Counted from the first letter of the stretch, positions 1 through 16,876 are shown. The stretch: DNA of 64,000 bases from the human T2T-CHM13v2.0 reference genome, Homo sapiens (GCA_009914755.4 CP068257.2:42624001-42688000); one strand, 5' to 3'. Made by a program: numbers and translations. Notes: generated from the sequence alone by a model not told the origin.

Positions 1-177
1 CTTGAGGCCAAGAGTTGGAGACCAGCTTGGGCAACATAGCAAGACCCCATCTCTACCCAAAATGAGGTGGGAGGATCACTGAGTCTAGGAGTTCGAGGCT
101 GCAGTGAGCCGTGGTCTCACCACTGCACTCCAGCCTGGGTGACAGAGTGAGACCTTGCCAAAAAAAAAAAAAAAAAG
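1..177 (+). mobile_element. Alu (5'-truncated by the window edge) with poly(A) tail 162-177
   Basis: Alu right-arm consensus ...gcagtgagccgtggtctcaccactgcactccagcctgggtgacagagtgagacc plus an A-run. Confidence 0.9.
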
Positions 178-195
178 TTAAATCTAGGAACATGA

Positions 196-822
<627 letters not shown>

Positions 823-861
823 TCTCTTTCCTCTTTTTAAAAAATGTTGAGTACTTACAGC

Positions 862-1146
862 AGGGTGCAGTGGCTCACGCCTATAATCCCAGCACCTGGG
901 TGGGCAGATACTCGGGCCCAGGAGTTAGAGACCAGCTTAACCAACATGGCAAAACCCTGTCTCCACTAAAAATACAAAAATTAGCCGGGCATGGTGACAC
1001 ATGCTTGTAATCCCAGCTACTCGTGTGGTGAGGCATGAGAATTGTTTGAACCTGGGAGGCAAAGGTTGCAGTGAGCTGAGATCGCACCACTGCACTCCAG
1101 CCTGTAGGACAGAGCAAGACTCTGTCTCAAAAAAAAAAAAAAAAGT
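862..1146 (+). mobile_element. Alu, full length, sense, poly(A) 1128-1146
   Basis: gcagtggctcacgcctataatcccagcacctggg ... gcactccagcctgtaggacagagcaagactctgtctcaaaaaa. Confidence 0.95.
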
Positions 1147-1221
1147 GAGTATTCACTGGTATTGTGAATATTTTTCCATTATATTTTATTTCCCTTTTCT
1201 TTCTTTTCTTTTCTTCTCTTT

Positions 1222-1516
1222 TTTTTTTTTTTGAGACGGAGTCTTGCTCTGTCGCCCAGGCTGGAAGTGCAATGACACGGTCTTGGCTCACTGCAACCTC
1301 CGCCTCCTGGGTTCCAGCGATTCTCCTGCCTCAGCCTCCTGAGTAGCTGGGATTACAGGCACCTGCCACCATGCCCGGCTAATTTTTGTAATTTTAGTAG
1401 AGACGGGGTTTCACCATGTTGGCCAGGCTGGTCTCGAACTCCTGACCTCAGATGATCTGCCCGCTTCAGCCTCCCAAAGTGCTGGGATCACAGGTGTGAG
1501 TCACTGTGCCCGGCCT
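1222..1516 (-). mobile_element. Alu, full length, antisense
   Basis: Reverse-complement Alu consensus. Confidence 0.95.
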
Positions 1517-3857
1517 AGTTCCTATTTTAACATCAGAATGAATCTATGCATGTGTCTACAACTGAAGCCACGCTTATGCTTACAGATTAAACAGTGGCAC
1601 GCTGGACCCCACGCAGTCTGAGCCCTCGGTCCCGGCTTCCCGTTACTGGCTGGCCCATTATCTGCGGAGAGGGACGCCCGGTCTCTCACCTGCCCCCACT
1701 GAGGGACATTTGGGTAGTTTCCGTTCTTTTGTCCTCCCTCTTAATCTCAGGGGACTCCCTTCCAGCCCCGAACCAGGCCACATTCTCCTCTATTCTCTGT
1801 GCCTCAGCAGGCCAGGAACAGGTGGGGACATGGGTGTGGAAGGGACGTCCCCAGAGCACCCTGGCCTCAGTGCCCGCTTCCATGGCCTGCAGTGGCTCAG
1901 AAACAGCACACCAGAGACCCGGAAGGGCTGAGGAATGGCTGGAGTCTGCCTGGGGGCTCAGGGCCAGGGCTGAGGATGCCGGAATGGGGGTGCCTGCAGA
2001 GGCCCTCTGACCTGGAGACTCCCTGTGTGTTTTCTGCACACGTTACTATCACTCAAGGGTTGGCACCTTTCCCCAGCACTAACCCATCAGCACATCTGGG
2101 GCCTGCTCCCCTTGTCTCTGGCCGGGTGGAGAGGCTGAGGGAGCCATGTTGTTTCTCTTGTCCATGCAGTGGGTGTGTCCAGACCTGCTCCAGGGCAGGC
2201 CCTGGGCAGACGCTGGGAGAAAGCCAGCCAAGTCTCTGGGAAAAGTGGACCCACCAGGCAGGGCTGCGGCCCCGAGGCCAAGTGGGCTAGGGCGGGTTCT
2301 TTGGGAACCTGGGATAGCCAGGGGACCCTGCAGAGATACAGGGGTGAGGCCAGAAGGCAGGCCTGCTGGGCAGAGGGAGGGTTCCTCCATGGCAGGGAAC
2401 AGGGACTGGCTGCCCGGCAAAAGGCCAGCAATGAGGGGCTGGGAAGTCAAGCTGCGCTGGGGTCTGGAGGAAGAGCAGGTGCTGGGCTGGGCCAGGAGGG
2501 GACCAAGGGTGCGGTGCCTTCCTTTCTGGTGCCAAGGGCCATGGGCGGCTGCCAGCGTAGAAGGCTCCTGGGGCCCCTCTGAGCACAGGCTTCTCCTCGG
2601 TGTGGGGGGCTCTTCCTGCCCAGGGTCGGGGGCTCTTCCTGCCCAGGGTGAGCCTGTAAGCCAGCACAGCCGTGAGCACCTGAGTCGACAGCAGAGGGGC
2701 AGGGCCCCAGGTGAGGACTGTCACAATGGGGCCAGGGTGAGGATGCGCCTCGGCACAGGTGGCCGTGTGCGGGTCCAGACGACAGGCTCCCCCGGGCCTC
2801 CAGCTGAGGACACCCCACTTACCCACCTCCCTCTGTCAGGGCCACCGTCTGACTCTGGATTCAGGGTTGGCCGATGCGTTCTGGATCCTTTCCTTGTCCT
2901 TCACCTCTGCACTGCCTCATGGGGACAGACCCTGTGGGAAGCTCCCATCAGCACGCAACGCCCTGTGGTGGTTTCTTCCATTCCTTTCGTTCTGGGCTTT
3001 CTGACTATGGTGGAGCCGGCTGTGTTTGCTGCTTGTTTTTAACCCCTTCGGTAACAAGAGCTCCGACTACAAACCCCAGTGCTGATGGGGCCCATGCCAG
3101 GGGTGGGGGTGCCAGAGGGCTGTTCCCTGGTGCCACGCTGCCAACCCCTTGGTGCTGATGGAAGGCCCAGCAGGGGAGAGCCACCTACCCTGGCAGGGAG
3201 CAGGTGGGCAGAGGGAAGATGTGGAGGGTGGAAGGGAGGGGGCTCTGTTCTAGGAAGTCCTTGGAGACCCCTGTGGGGCACCTTGGGCTCCCTCCGAGTG
3301 GTGCAATGTGAGCAGTACCTGGAGCCCATCCAAAGGTGGTGTCCACACCCACCAGCACCTCCGCCGGGCAGGCTGGCAGACGCCTGAGCTCAACCTCGGT
3401 CCTGGGTGTGGGCGAGTTTCTGCAGGTTATGGGGGGCCTCTGAGGGGAGCCAAGAAGGGGTTCCCCCCACCAAAAGCCTTGAGGGGTTCAAGTGGCCCCA
3501 AGGACACAGCTCTAGAAATCAACAGGGTGACCCCAAGTTTCCTATAGAAATGCCAAGGACTTCTAAGAGCAGAAGCAAGGGGATCGCTGTGTGGCCAGAC
3601 TCCAAAGACGTGGTTGTGTAGAGCCACGGTCACTAAGACCACAGGGCCCAGGTGAACCAATGGACACACGGACCGTGGAAGGGGGAAGATGCAGAAACAG
3701 ACCTCATGCCTATGGACAGCTGGCCTTCGACCAAGGAGCAGAGACCATTCAATGGAGAAAGGGGTATTTCCAGTGCCAGGGCAACTGGACACGCACCTGC
3801 AAAAGGATAAACCTCAGCTCCTGCCTACTTCACACCATACACAGAAGTCAATTTGAG

Positions 3858-4149
<292 letters not shown>

Positions 4150-4317
4150 AAGTAAATGATGAAGTTTCCAGAACTTTTAGAATATAAGAGAATATCTGTG
4201 TGAACTGGGGTAGCCCAGTTCACTAGCCATGAAAGAGAAATTGATGCACTGTGCTTTCTCGGAATGAAAAGCTTCTGCTCATTGTAGCAGAGGCAAAACA
4301 TTTTTCTTGAGCCTCAT

Positions 4318-4631
<314 letters not shown>

Positions 4632-5223
4632 AAATTCTTAGTTGGAATAGACCCTGTGACAAAAACCAGATTTTAACAAGAGAAACAAACAGAAGTTTAT
4701 GAACGTGCATATTTCACGGAAGAACCTACAGAATGAGTCGTTCTCCAAGAGGTGACTTTGAATTCCAGCTTATGTAGCATCTTCAACCAAGGACAGTACA
4801 TTTTTGGAGAAGTGACAAGGCAGAGGAGGACTTTGAGTCCCCAGGGCTGGCAGCTTGTGGGAAGGCAGAGAAGGGCAGATGGAGGTGAGTTGGGGAAGCT
4901 TGCTTGTGTAGATGGTGTTAGGCCGTTCTTGCTTCCCTCTAGAGAGATACCTGAGGCTGGGTAATTTATAAAGAAGAGAGATTTCATTGGCTCCCAGTTC
5001 TGCAGGCTGTACAAGCATGGCGCCAGCATCTGCTCAGCTTTTGGGGAGGCCTTGGGAAACTTACGATCACGGTGGATGGCAAAGTGGGAACAGGCACTTC
5101 CCATGGTGACAGTGGGAGCAAGAGAGAGGGGGAGGTGTCACATGCTTTACACAAGCAGATAGCACGAGACCTCACTTATCACCAAAGCAATGGTGCCAAG
5201 CCATTCATGAGGGATCAGGCCCC

Positions 5224-5455
5224 ATGATCCGATCACCTGCTACCCTGCCCCACCTGCCCCACCTGCCCCACCTCCAATGCTGGGAATCACATAACCACCT
5301 GCTACCCTGCCCCATCTGCCCCACCTCCAACGCCAGGAATCATATAATCCCTGCTACCCTGCCCCACCTGCCCCACCTGCCCCACCTCCAACGCTGGAAA
5401 TCACAGAATCACCTGCTATCCTGCCCCACCTCCAACGCTGGGAATCACATTTCAG
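5224..5455. repeat. Tandem repeat, about 57-60-bp unit x4 (CCACCTGCTACCCTGCCCCACCTGCCCCACCTCCAAYGCTGGGAATCACAKAAY...)
   Basis: Four near-identical head-to-tail units are visible by eye. Confidence 0.8.
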
Positions 5456-6277
5456 TGTGAGATTTGGAGAGGACAAACATCCAAACCATATCATAGATTC
5501 TTCTAGTATCATCTTTAGGCCAATAAGAATCCAGTTGTTGTCAGTGATTAACCTTTGTTCCTGGCAGAGAGGGGAGGTGGGATATATTTTGTCATCATAA
5601 AAAGGAAAAAGTCACAGGATCAGATTGATTGATGCAGAAAAAGCATTTGACAAAATTCAATATCCATTCACAATAAGAACTCTCAGAGAAATAGAAATAA
5701 TGGGAGCTTTCCTCAACTTGATAGAGAACATCTACAAAAAACATGCAACTAATGCAAAAGACTGGATGCTTTCCCCCTAAGATCAGAAATGAAGCAAGGA
5801 TGTCCACTCTCATGACTGTGATTCAACTTAGTGCTGGAAGTTTTAGCCAGTGCAATAAGGCAAGACCAGGAAATATAGGCATATAGGTTGGAAAGCAAGG
5901 AATCAAACTGTCCCTATTTAGAGAAAACATAATTGTCTTTGAAAAAAAAAACCCAAAGATTTAACAAAAACCACTCCTAGAATTAAGGAAATGAGTTCAG
6001 CGAGGTTGTAGGATACAAGATGAACATGCAAAAACATTAGAATTTCTATATATCAACAATAAACATGTAGACACCAAAATAAAAACCACAAAACCATTCA
6101 CACTTGCTCAACATAAAACACGTACAGGACTTTCATGCTGAAACTATGAGACACTGTTTTTTTAAAAAAATCAATGAAGGTTTCACAAAATAGAGAGGCA
6201 TACGATGTTCATGGATCAGAAAATTCGCATCATAAAGATGTCAAGTTTCCCCAAGCTGATATATAGGTTAAATATAA

Positions 6278-6593
<316 letters not shown>

Positions 6594-6647
6594 AGAATCC
6601 TAGCAAGATTTTTTTAATAGATAGAAACAAAATTACTCTAAAATTTA

Positions 6648-7019
<372 letters not shown>

Positions 7020-7425
7020 TTACTAGGTCTCAAGATTTATTATATAGCTACAGTAATCAAGACTGTGTGATATTGGTAAACAGACACATAGACCAATGGA
7101 ACAAAGCAGAGAACCCAGAAATAGATCCATACGAATATGCCCAACTGCTTTTTAATTAATTAATTTGTATTATAAATTCACATAACATGAAAGTTACCAT
7201 TTTAACCATTTGAAAGTTGAAAATTCTGTGGCAATTAGTACATCATGATATTGTACAACAGTCATCACTGTCTTAGTTCCAGAACTTTTTCATCCACTCT
7301 TAGGTGGAAACCCCATACTCATTAAACAGTCACTCCTAATTTCCCCTTCTCTCCAGCCCCTGGAAACCACCAATCTGTTTTCTGTCCCTACAGATCTGCC
7401 TATTCTGTGTATGTCATATAAATGA

Positions 7426-7772
<347 letters not shown>

Positions 7773-8048
7773 CAGCACAGCATTTTTGAGGTTCATCCAC
7801 ATTGCAGCAGGCATCAGTACTTTATTCCTATTTACAGCTGAATGATATTCCATCATATGGCTATACCACATTCTATGTATCCATTCTTCTGTTGATGGAC
7901 TTTTGGGTTGTTTCTACCCTTTGGCTGTTGTAAGTGGTGCTGCTATGAACATTGGTGTACAAGCTTTGGCTTGAATACCTGCTTTCATTTCTTTTTGGTG
8001 TATCCCCAGAAGTGAAATTGCTAGATCATATAGTAATTCTATATTTAA

Positions 8049-8432
<384 letters not shown>

Positions 8433-8770
8433 GGGGATTCCAATTTTTCTACATTCTCACCAACACGTGTTATTTTCTGTTCTTTGATAATAGCCATCCT
8501 AGCTGGGGTAAAGTGGTATCTCATTTGATTTTAATTGGCATTTCCCTAACGATTGATGATGTTGAGCGTCTTTTCATGTGCTTGTTGGCCATTTGCCTAT
8601 CTTCTTTGGAGAAATGTCTATTTTAGTCCTTTGCCCAGTTTTTAATTGGATTGTCTAAGAGTTCTCCATATGTTCTGGATATTAGACCGTTATCAGATAT
8701 GTGATTTTTCAAATGTTCACTGGGGGGATTTTTCGCTCTCCTGACAGTGTCCTTTACTGTATAAACATTA

Positions 8771-8828
8771 TTTTATTTTATTTATTTTATTTTATTTTAT
8801 ATTTTATTTTATTTTATTTTATTTTATT
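8771..8828. repeat. (ATTTT)n simple repeat
   Basis: ttttattttatttattttattttattttatattttattttattttatt. Confidence 0.9.
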
Positions 8829-9127
<299 letters not shown>

Positions 9128-10086
9128 TAATTTTGATGAAGTCCGGTTTATTTATCTGATGTTTTTGCCATTATATCTAAGAAAATACTAACAAATCCAT
9201 GTCATGAAGATTTCTCTCAATGTGTTCTTCTAAGAGTTCTGTAGGTTTTGCTTTTCTATGTAGGTCTTGGATCCATTTGATTTACTGCCCAACTAATTTT
9301 TGACAAAGATATAAAATAAATTTAATGGAAGAAAGACAACCTTTCAACAAATTGGACACCCATGGAGTAGGGGCAAAGAGCCTCCGCCTAGGTCTCACAT
9401 CTTCTGTAAATATTAACTTGGAAGGGATCACAAAGATTTAAATGTAAACGTAAAATTATAAAACATTCAGAAAAAAACGTAGGAGAAAATCTTCAGGATC
9501 TAGGGCTGGGCAAAGAATTCTTAGACTTGACTCCAAAAGCACAAGAATAGAAATGTAAAAGGAAAAATTGAGAAATTGGACTTCTTCCAAATTGAAGGCC
9601 GGCCTTGTAACTGAAGCATATGGTCCTGCTACACCCAACACTGGGCTGGTGGGTTAACTGGATGGAAAAATATGTTTATCCAAGTATGGCCTGAGGTCTC
9701 CAAGGGCCATTCTGTGCCCTGCTGCAGTCAGCACCTGCTGTCATCCCCTCCTCCTAATTTTAGGCTTCCTGCTATTTGCAGTCCCTGGAGGATGGGCTGT
9801 TGACTCTGGGATCAAAACAGAAAAGCAGGTGAGCCCCATGGCGGGCTGTGCAGCTCCGGATGGGTGTCCTGCCCAACGCCAGAGCACTGCATTCTCCAGG
9901 GCATTTGACTTAGTGTCCCGGTGAGTTCATGGCCTGCTGCTGACCGCGCACCGACCCCCAAAGTCACTCTTTGCACCTGTAGGAGCTTTGGTCCGTTCAG
10001 CATGACCAGACTGGAGAGGGAGGAGACAGGCAGGGTGGGCAGAGAAACCGGAGTGACTCAGTGACTCAGAAAGTGGGACGCTCAGC

Positions 10087-10945
<859 letters not shown>

Positions 10946-11077
10946 GGTGGGCTGCGGAGGGGGCAGAGGGCAGAGCTCTGTTCTCCCAGGGCCTGTCCAC
11001 CGAGAGGGCCCCGGCCCACCAGCTGGGCCTTTTGGTAAGATCGCAAGGCAGATGGTCAATTCTGCAAAAAAGAAGCC

Positions 11078-11389
<312 letters not shown>

Positions 11390-12779
11390 CTAGTTCACTG
11401 AGAAAAGTGACGCCGTCTGGACACATACCCACAGTGGGACGCAGTGGAGAGGCCAGACCAGGGAAACTGAGGCCCAACCAGTGGGGCAGGTTTGAGGCAA
11501 GAGTAGTAGGAGGGGAGGGGGCAGGGGGTCCCCCCTCCAATGCCCTTGGCTGAGCACGGGTTCTTCTGAGCTCACCGGTGCTCGGAGCTGCCTCCCTGAC
11601 TTGGACAACCATGTGGAATGGCCATCCCGCCCTCAACAAGTAGAGGCAACTTCCTCTCTACAGTGAGGAAATTGAGGCCCAGTGAGGAAGCCTGTGGCCA
11701 GGAGGGTGCTAGGGGTCCTCACAAAGTGTCCTGAGGGGACCCACCCCTCCCTTGATGCCAGACCACCTGGCCAGGCTGCAGGAGCAGGGCCCAGGGCCTC
11801 CAGGAGCCAAGGCCTGGCCAGGGCTCCATGTTCCCCGAGGCCTTTCTGACTCAGGCTCCTGGCCTCTGGGAGCCTGGCCCTTCCAGGGAGCCACAGGGGA
11901 TGGAACCTCCATCTGGAGCAGGGGAGAAGGCACGGAGTCCAGGCTTGTTTGAGGGGCCAAGGCTGAGCCCCCTCCAGCCCCTTCCCTGCTCTGCCATTAG
12001 GACCTGGCTCCTCCCAACTTCTATACACATCACATGGGCCGCGTCCCCCCACTTTGCAGGCTGAGAACATCTGACGTGACCTGGGCACCTGAGGGGCACC
12101 AGGCACAGCAGGAGCATGGACCTGGAGAACCTCTGTTCTTCCGTGCATCAAGGTCCGAGTCGTGGTTCTGCCCCTTAGCAGCTGCGTGACTCTGGCCAAG
12201 CTCCTCCCGGCAACAGGCCTCAGTTTCCATATCTGTGGATGGCACTAATCACGATGATGACCTGAGGAGACCGTTCTGCTGATGGAGTGAGCAGAATCAC
12301 AAAGCTCTCAGGGCCTAGCCCGGGGCATGGCAGGTCCGCAGGCGTCCAAGGGCACAGCACAGATGTGGGAGAAAGGGCTGCGGGGCCCTCCCGCTCCAGC
12401 CGAGGACACGGGGCTCAGGGATGGAGCCCAATACTGTCCCAGAGCTCTGCTGCCCAGGTGCCTCTTGGGGAAACTGAGGCTCAGTCCCACAAAGGCATCA
12501 GTCCCACTGAAGACAGGGCCGAATCCCCAGCCCCTCACCCCCCTCCAGGGGTCTGTGCCACCTCCAGGGAGCCGTGGCGGCTCCATGTCACCTGCGGGCA
12601 AGGGGCTGGTGTGGAAAGCCCCACGGCATGGTGGAAAGTCCGAAATTCTACAGGGGCCTCTTTGTTAAACCTCCATGCAAGAGGCTGGGTGACGCCTGCC
12701 CACAGGGGTCAGGCCCCAGCCCAATGACACAGGTGACCCGCAAAGACTGCAGGTCTTTTTTAAAAAGTGAAGTGCAGAC

Positions 12780-12907
12780 TTGGATCTCGCTTTGCAGTTT
12801 TTAATTCCCCTTTAACCATCTCTGGGCTAAGGCATCCATTGACTCACTTAACCATCTGGGGAGGGAAAAGCCACCGGGTTGCAGGGGGTGACTTTGGGGC
12901 AGGATGG
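12780..12907. promoter_or_regulatory. Candidate AIRE upstream conserved enhancer (possible CNS1, about -3.0 to -3.15 kb from the TSS), directly abutting the LTR12 insertion
   Basis: A short unique, less GC-rich segment lying between the upstream GC-rich unique DNA and the LTR12 insertion, containing a perfect AP-1 site TGACTCA (12840-12846) and GGGA-rich half-sites. Its position matches the reported location of AIRE CNS1, but no perfect NF-kB decamer was found by eye. Confidence 0.3.
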
Positions 12908-13800
12908 CCTCTGAAGGGGTGGGTTGCCCCTCCACACCTGTGGGTGTTTCTCGTTAGGTAGAACGAGAGACTTGGAAAAGAAAGAGACACAGACAAAGTA
13001 TAGAGAAAGAAATTGGGGGACCAGGGGACCGGCGCTCAGCATACGGAGGACCCCCGCTGGCCTCTGAGTTCCCTTAGTATTTATTGATCATTTTTGGGTG
13101 TTTCTCGGAGAGGGGGATGTGGCAGGATCATAGGATAATAGTGGAGAGAAGGTCAGCAGGTAAGCACGTGAACAAAGGTCTCTGCATCATAAACAAGGTA
13201 AAGAATTAAGTGCTGTGCTTTAGATATGTATACACATAAACATCTCAATGCCTTAAGGAGCAGTATTGCTGCCTGCTTGTCCCACCTCCAGCCCTAAGGC
13301 AGTTTCCCCCTATCTCAGTAGATGGAATATACAATCGGGTTTTATACCGAGACATTCCATTGCCCAGGGACGAGCAGGAGACAGATGCCTTCCTCTTGTC
13401 TCAACTGCAACGAGGCGTTCCTTCCACTTTTACTAATCCTCCTCAGCACAGACCCTTTACGGTGTCGGGCTGGGGGACGGTCAGGTCTTTCCCTTCCCAG
13501 GAGGCCATATCTCAGACTATCACATGGGGAGAAACCTTGGACAATACCTGGCTTTCCTAGGCAGGGGTCCCTGCGGCCTTCCGCAGTGTTTTGTGTCCCT
13601 GGGTACTTAAGATTAGGGAGTGGTGATGACTCTTAACGAGCATGCTGCCTTCAAGCATTTGTTTAATAAAGCACACCCTGCACAGCCCTTAATCCATTTA
13701 ACCCTGAGTTGACACAGCACATGTCTCAGGGAGCACAGGGTTGGGGGTAGGGTTACAGATTAAAATGGAGTCTCTTATGTCTACTTTCTATGCAGACACA
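12908..13800 (-). mobile_element. LTR12-family (ERV9) solo LTR, antisense to AIRE, lying about 2.1-3.0 kb upstream of the AIRE TSS
   Basis: Reverse complement of the LTR12 3' end 'acctaacgagaaacacccacaggtgtggaggggcaacccaccccttca' at 12908-12955. Characteristic internal sequence: ...tgggtgtttctcggagagggggatgtggcaggatcataggataatagtggagagaaggtcagcaggtaagcacgtgaacaaaggtctctgcatcataaacaaggtaaag... Recalled from the consensus, not aligned. Confidence 0.7.
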
Positions 13801-15849
13801 TTAACAATCTGATCTCTCTTTCTTTTCCCCACCGCCTCAAAGGAGAGGAAAGCCAAGTTGCTGGGAGCAACGGTTACTGGTCATCCCAAAGCTGTGTGCG
13901 CTGGTTCCCTGGCACCCCAGGGGCTTTTATGCATGAACTGTGCAGCCAGTGGGCCCAAGGGTTGCCATTGAACTTGATGTTAGTGAGCTCTCCCTTCGTG
14001 AGACCCCTGCCCATGGATGAGCAAGGAGAATGGGGGTGTTTCAGGAGCAGACAGGGATCCTGTGCAAAGCTGGGCTTCTGTGCAACTTTCGCTTGCAGTT
14101 ATTTAAATATTTTTGCTGTAAATACAGAACTGCAGGGGAGAGGGCAGGAAACCCAGCGAGCAGCAGCCCGGCCTGGCTGGGGACAGGATGTGTCTGTTGG
14201 AGCGGGGACCGGCAAGGCAGGCATGCAGGCAGGGGGCTTCCCTCTCGGGGTCTTCGGAAGGCGCAGTGCAGGGAGTGAGAGACGCCCAGGCCTGGGCAGC
14301 GAGAGGGCCCTGCTCCCCGCTCAAGGCTCCCAGGACATTCCACACAGGAGCCAGCCTGTTCCAACCCTGCACTGCCTGATACTCCACAGCCACCACTGAG
14401 ATGGACCCCCTCCCCCTCAGCTCCCCATGACGTCCCCAGCACCTGACCCCAGGCTGACCACCTCGGCCACCACCTCTGGCCCCACCTTCCTCCCCAGGTT
14501 TGTTCCCAAACACCCCTAGAGTCTTTTCCGGAGCAATCTCAGACGTGCAGAACGCTCAGGGGGACCCTGGGCCTGAAGGCGGTAGGAGAAACCGAGACCG
14601 ACCCCTGGTCTAGAGGAGAGGTGTCTGCCGCTCTCCATCCTGGACTCTGGCTGCCCAAAAGCAAACGGCACGCCTGCCCACGTGGGAATCTTGGTGGCGT
14701 CTCTCACTGCATCAGTTAGCCCCCAGCCCAGTGCTGCCTGGATTCAGGCTTCCTGGTACCTTCGTCCACCCTTCAGCCCTAATCCATGCTGGCCAGGTCA
14801 TCTCGTTCTCTGGCTCGGTGGGAACACTCGTGCCCAGAGACCTCTCGTGGTTCTCTGCAGCCTGCACACAGGGCCTGCTTCCCTGGCTTGACCGCACAGA
14901 CAAGGGGACTGTTACCAAGGCCTCCCACTGAGGCCACCCCCCCTCCAGGCCATGCCTGCGGGGCCACCACAGCCTCAGCATCATTGCAGGCCCCAGGCCT
15001 CTGCACCTGGTCTTGTTTTACTGGGGGCACTGTCCCCACTCACGTCCACCTGGGACCCTCGGCTCCTGTCCACTGCAGCTCCCCTCCCGGACACCTTCCC
15101 AGATGCCCCCGGAAGCTCCTGTCCAGGCCACAGCATCCCTCAGCCTCTGTCACTGGTCCTAGGAAGACCCTTTGGGAGCTCTCACTCAGGGCCACACTCA
15201 GGACCCCCGTTGTGGGGCTGGCCGCCTTCCTTCTAAAGCACCTGGAGGAAGGAAGGAGGGGGTCAATGCGAGCCTCAATCCCCAGGCGAGTGTGCCCCTT
15301 TTAAAGATGAGGGAACCGAGGCTCAGAGAAGGAAAGGACTTGCCTGGCGTCACACAGCTAGCCTAAGATGGTGAGGTCAGGAGCTCCCTGGCAACACCCA
15401 GGCTGCCGTACCGTCTCCTGCATCAGACTGAGCCTCCATCGGGCTCCTCCCACAGCCCCAGGCGGGCCCCTGAGTAGGGGCTCTCAGCTTGTGTGGAGGT
15501 CCCCCAGGAACACCACCCCGATCCAGCCTCCATGGAGGCTCTTGCCGGCCACTGGGAGGGGCCGGTGCACCCTGGGCAGCCCCTGCCAGGGCCCTGAGAC
15601 CCGAGCCTCCCCGCCGAGGGCACCTGTCTCGGCTTTGCCCCATTCGAGCAGGGCCCTCGCCGAGGCAGGACAGGGCCACATTCGGAAGTGAGAGTTCTCT
15701 GAGTCCCGCACAGAGCGAGTCTCTGTCCCCAGCCCCCAAGGCAGCTGCCCTGGTGGGTGAGTCAGGCCAGGCCCGGAGACTTCCCGAGAGCGAGGGAGGG
15801 ACAGCAGCGCCTCCATCACAGGGAAGTGTCCCTGCGGGAGGCCCTGGCC

Positions 15850-15935
15850 CTGATTGGGCGCCGGGGCGGAGCGGCCTTTGCTCTTTGCGTGGTCGCGGGG
15901 GTATAACAGCGGCGCGCGTGGCTCGCAGACCGGGG
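15850..15935 (+). promoter_or_regulatory. AIRE: AIRE core promoter: inverted CCAAT (ATTGG 15853-15857), GC box (GGGGCGG 15863-15869), TATA-like TATAA (15902-15906); TSS predicted about 15930
   Basis: Motifs read directly from the sequence. The TATA/GC/inverted-CCAAT arrangement about 130 nt upstream of the ATG matches the published description of the AIRE minimal promoter. Confidence 0.7.
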
Positions 15936-16062
15936 AGACGGGCGGGCGCACAGCCGGCGCGGAGGCCCCACAGCCCCGCCGGGACCCGAGGCCAAGCGAG
16001 GGGCTGCCAGTGTCCCGGGACCCACCGCGTCCGCCCCAGCCCCGGGTCCCCGCGCCCACCCC

Positions 16063-16194
16063 ATGGCGACGGACGCGGCGCTACGCCGGCTTCTGAGGCT
16101 GCACCGCACGGAGATCGCGGTGGCCGTGGACAGCGCCTTCCCACTGCTGCACGCGCTGGCTGACCACGACGTGGTCCCCGAGGACAAGTTTCAG
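16063..16194 (+). CDS. AIRE: AIRE exon 1 (ATG at 16063; [13 protein letters not shown]...PEDKFQ; CARD/HSR N-terminus; LXXLL motif LRRLL)
   Basis: ATG in GC-rich context. Exon ends CAG|gtgggc. Confidence 0.92.
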
Positions 16195-16357
16195 GTGGGC
16201 TCCCCGCCCGCCCCCCGCTGCCCCCAGGCCCTGTGAGCCAGGGATAGTCCCCGGGGAAGTTCCAGGAGGACCCCGCCCCTCCAGATCCCCAAGCCCCTCC
16301 AGCCTTCCCCAACTCCCTCCCCACAAGGAGCCAGGGGCGTCCCTGATGACAAGTTAG

Positions 16358-16876
<519 letters not shown>

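Noticed and set aside
2146-3042. 298-aa plus-strand ORF in the far-upstream unique GC-rich block
   Set aside because: There is no recognisable domain, no Kozak or splice context, and overlapping ORFs in several frames. It is most likely a compositional artefact, although the region is kept as a low-interest finding for possible regulatory function.
9650-10080. Possible unannotated exon (donor-like 'gcaggtgagcc' at about 9828) in the unique segment between L1 and the MER-type repeat
   Set aside because: It is a single isolated splice-like motif with no matching acceptor or ORF support. GT-containing heptamers are common, so the evidence is insufficient.
12780-12907. Perfect NF-kB decamers expected for AIRE CNS1
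   Set aside because: Only imperfect GGGA-rich half-sites (gggagggaaaagcc, ggggtgactttgggg) plus a perfect AP-1 site were found by eye. The CNS1 identity is therefore reported only as a low-confidence candidate, not asserted.
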